Source of the DNA: Mobula hypostoma
Taxonomy: Eukaryota
DNA length: 64,000 nt
Assembly (NCBI RefSeq): GCF_963921235.1
Contig: NC_086097.1
Coordinates: 161,016,001-161,080,000, forward strand
Direction of reading: 5' to 3'
Part shown: in pieces, positions 61,621 to 64,000 of the stretch
How the letters are laid out: every line of letters starts with the position of its first letter
Numbering within the stretch: the first letter of the stretch is position 1
Position numbers and translations under genes: made by a program
Notes under the pieces: model-generated
What the model saw: only the letters and a program-made list of their open reading frames with translations
The model's database searches: none
What the model was told of the DNA's origin: nothing

Positions 61621-64000
61621 ATGATGGGGATGGGAACCAGTATGATAGAGCTGAGGATGAGCCAGCAGGTTTGCAAGTAGATGATGGATGTAACATGAAT
61701 TTAAGGAAGGACAGGCCAGTGACTGGATACAAATGCAGACAGAGCAGAGATATATTGTACCACAGAGGCAGAATTCAAAAGGGCAAAGAATGTAGGATTG
61801 AAGGTGCTCTATTTAAATGCACATGTCATTCAGAATGAGGTGGATGAACTTGTGGTGCAATTAGAGATTGGTCAGTGTGATATTGTGGGCATCACTGAGT
61901 CGTGGTTGAAAGAAGGCCATAGTTGGGAGCTTAACATCAAAGGATAAACTTTGTATCGAAAGGATAGGCAGGAAGATACAGGCGGTGGTGTGTCTCTGTT
62001 GGTAAGAGATGGAATTACATCTTTGGAAAGAGGTGACATAGGGTCAGAGGATGTTGAATCTTTGTGGGAGGAGTTAAGAAATTGCAAGGGTACAAAAAAC
62101 ATTATGGGAATCATATATAGGCCTCCAATTCGTAGCCAAGGTGTGGGGTTGAAATTGCAAAGGGAACTGGAAAAGGCATGTAATAAGGGTATTGTCACAA
62201 TTGTATTGAGGGACTTCAATATGCAAGAGGATTAGGAAAATCAGGTTGGTGTCGGATCGCAAGAGACGGAATTTGTTGAATGCCTATGAGAATTTTAGAG
62301 CAGCCCGCTTGAGCCTACTCGGGGAAAGGCTATTTTAGACTAACTTGTGTAATAACCTAGATCTTATTATGGAGCTTAATGTAAAGGAACCCTTAGGAGG
62401 CAGTGATCATGATATGAACTAAATTTATGCAGCAATTTGAGAAGGAGAAGCATAAGACGTATGTATCAGTATCACAATGGTATAAAGGGAAATACAAAGG
62501 CATGAGAGAGGAGCTTGCCCAGGTGGATTGGAAGAGGATATTGGAGGGGAACATGGCAGAGCAGAGATGGCTGAAGTTTCTGGAAATAGTTCACAAGTGC
62601 AAGATAGGTAAGTCCCACAGAAGTAGTTCTCAAATGGCAGAGCTAGGCAACCGTGGCTGACAAGAGAAGTTAAGGACTGCATAAAAGCCACAGAAAAGGG
62701 TATATAAGGTAACAAAAGTGAGTGGGAAGTTGTCACAATTTGGAATGTCTTAAATTCCAACAGAAGGCAACTAAAACAGCTATAAGAGGGAAAAGATGAA
62801 ATATGAGGGCAAACTAGCCAATAATATAAAGCAAGAGATTATAAGATTTTTCAGTTAAATAAAGAGTAAAAGGCAGGTGAGAGTTGATATTGGACCACCG
62901 GAAAAGGATGCTGGTGAGATAGTAATGGGGGACAAAGAAATGACGGATGAATTTAACTGAGTACTTTGCATCAGACTTCACTGTGGAAGACACTAGCAGT
63001 GTGCTAAAGGTCCATGAGTGTCTGGGAGCAGAAGTGAGTGCCATTGCTATTGCAAAGGAAAAAATGCAAGGCAAACTCAAAGCTCACCTGGACCAGATGA
63101 ACTACTTCTCCAAGTCCTGAGAAAGGTTTCTGAGGAGATAACAGATGCATTGGGCATGATCTTTCAAGAATCACTTGATTCTGACATGGTCCCAGAGGAC
63201 TGGAAGATTGCAAATGTCATTCCACACTTTAAGAAGGGAGGAAGGCAAAAGGACGGAAATTATAGGCCAGTTAGCTTCACCTCAGTGGTTGTGAAAGTGT
63301 TGGAGTGTATTATTAAAGGTACTTGGAGACTTATGATAAAACAAATCAAAGTCAGCATGGTTTCTGTAAAGGAAAATCTTGCCTGATGAATCTGGTAGAG
63401 TTCTTCGAGGAATTAACAAGCATGGTGGACAAAGGGGAGGCAGTGGATGTCATTTACTTGGATTTTCAGAAGGTATTTGATAAAGTGCCACACGTAAGGC
63501 TGCTTAACAAGATAAAATCCTATGGCATTACAGGAAAGATACTGGCATGGATAACAGGATGGCTGACAGGCAGGAGGCAGTGAGTGGGAATAAAAGGGAC
63601 CTTTTCTGGTTGGCTGCTGGTGACTTGTGGTGTTTCTCAGGGATCAGTGTTGGCACCACTACTTTTCACATTGATTGTCAGTGATTTGGACAATGGAATT
63701 GATGGCTTTGTGGCAAAGTTTGCAGATGATACGAAGATAGGTGGAGGAGTAGGTAGTGCTGAGGAAGCAAAGCGATTGCGGCAGGACTTAGACAAATTGG
63801 AAGAATGGGCAAAAAATTGGCAGATGGAATACAGAGTTGGGAAATGTATGACAATGCATTTTGGTAAAAGTAACAATAGTGCAGATTTCTCTAAATGGGG
63901 AGAAGGTTCAAACATCAGAGGTGCAGAGGGATTTAGGAATCCTCGTGTAAAACTCCCAGAAGGTTAATTTACAGGTTGAGTCTGTGATAAAGAAAGCAAG

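Larger units (their letters stand above)
58720..64000 (+). mobile_element. Decayed long CR1 (ORF1 esterase end, ORF2 APE + RT), runs off window, interrupted by the Penelope palindrome
   Basis: PEVVV.IG..D, RVVISRLLPVPR and GTNIL (ORF1 SGNH-like); VGITESWL, GGGVSLLV, YLDFQKVFDKV, KFADDTK; many stops. Confidence 0.88.

Noticed and set aside
42908..61637. Both Penelope TSDs begin with atga, suggesting target specificity
   Set aside because: The complete 3' ends are on opposite strands in the two insertions, so the motifs are not equivalent relative to the priming nick

Overview
Repeat-rich intronic and intergenic DNA from a non-amniote vertebrate, most likely a cartilaginous fish (inferred from the HE1-like V-SINE, CR1, Rex1/Babar and Penelope repeat set). 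The + strand carries the 3' half of TRPN1 (nompC), the ankyrin-spring mechanosensitive channel. Ten GT-AG exons from 5548 to about 52758 splice into one uninterrupted frame of about 915 codons. They encode the last 10 ankyrin repeats, the whole S1-S6 pore and TRP box in one 1369-nt exon, and the C-tail. The true last exon is unresolved. The rest is mostly transposable elements, often nested: CR1, RTE, RTE-X-like, Rex1/Babar, tRNA-derived SINEs, a solo LTR, mariner-derived fold-back MITEs, Tc1-like mini-MITEs and two Penelope-like (GIY-YIG) families. The most notable unannotated structure is a Penelope system carrying minimal hammerhead ribozyme motifs. It includes a 2.5-kb near-perfect palindromic insertion with a 17-bp TSD, a 157-bp ribozyme-only insertion with a 10-bp TSD, and several miniature head-to-head relics. 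Repeat boundaries without a TSD are approximate. Family assignments come from recalled motifs, not database searches.
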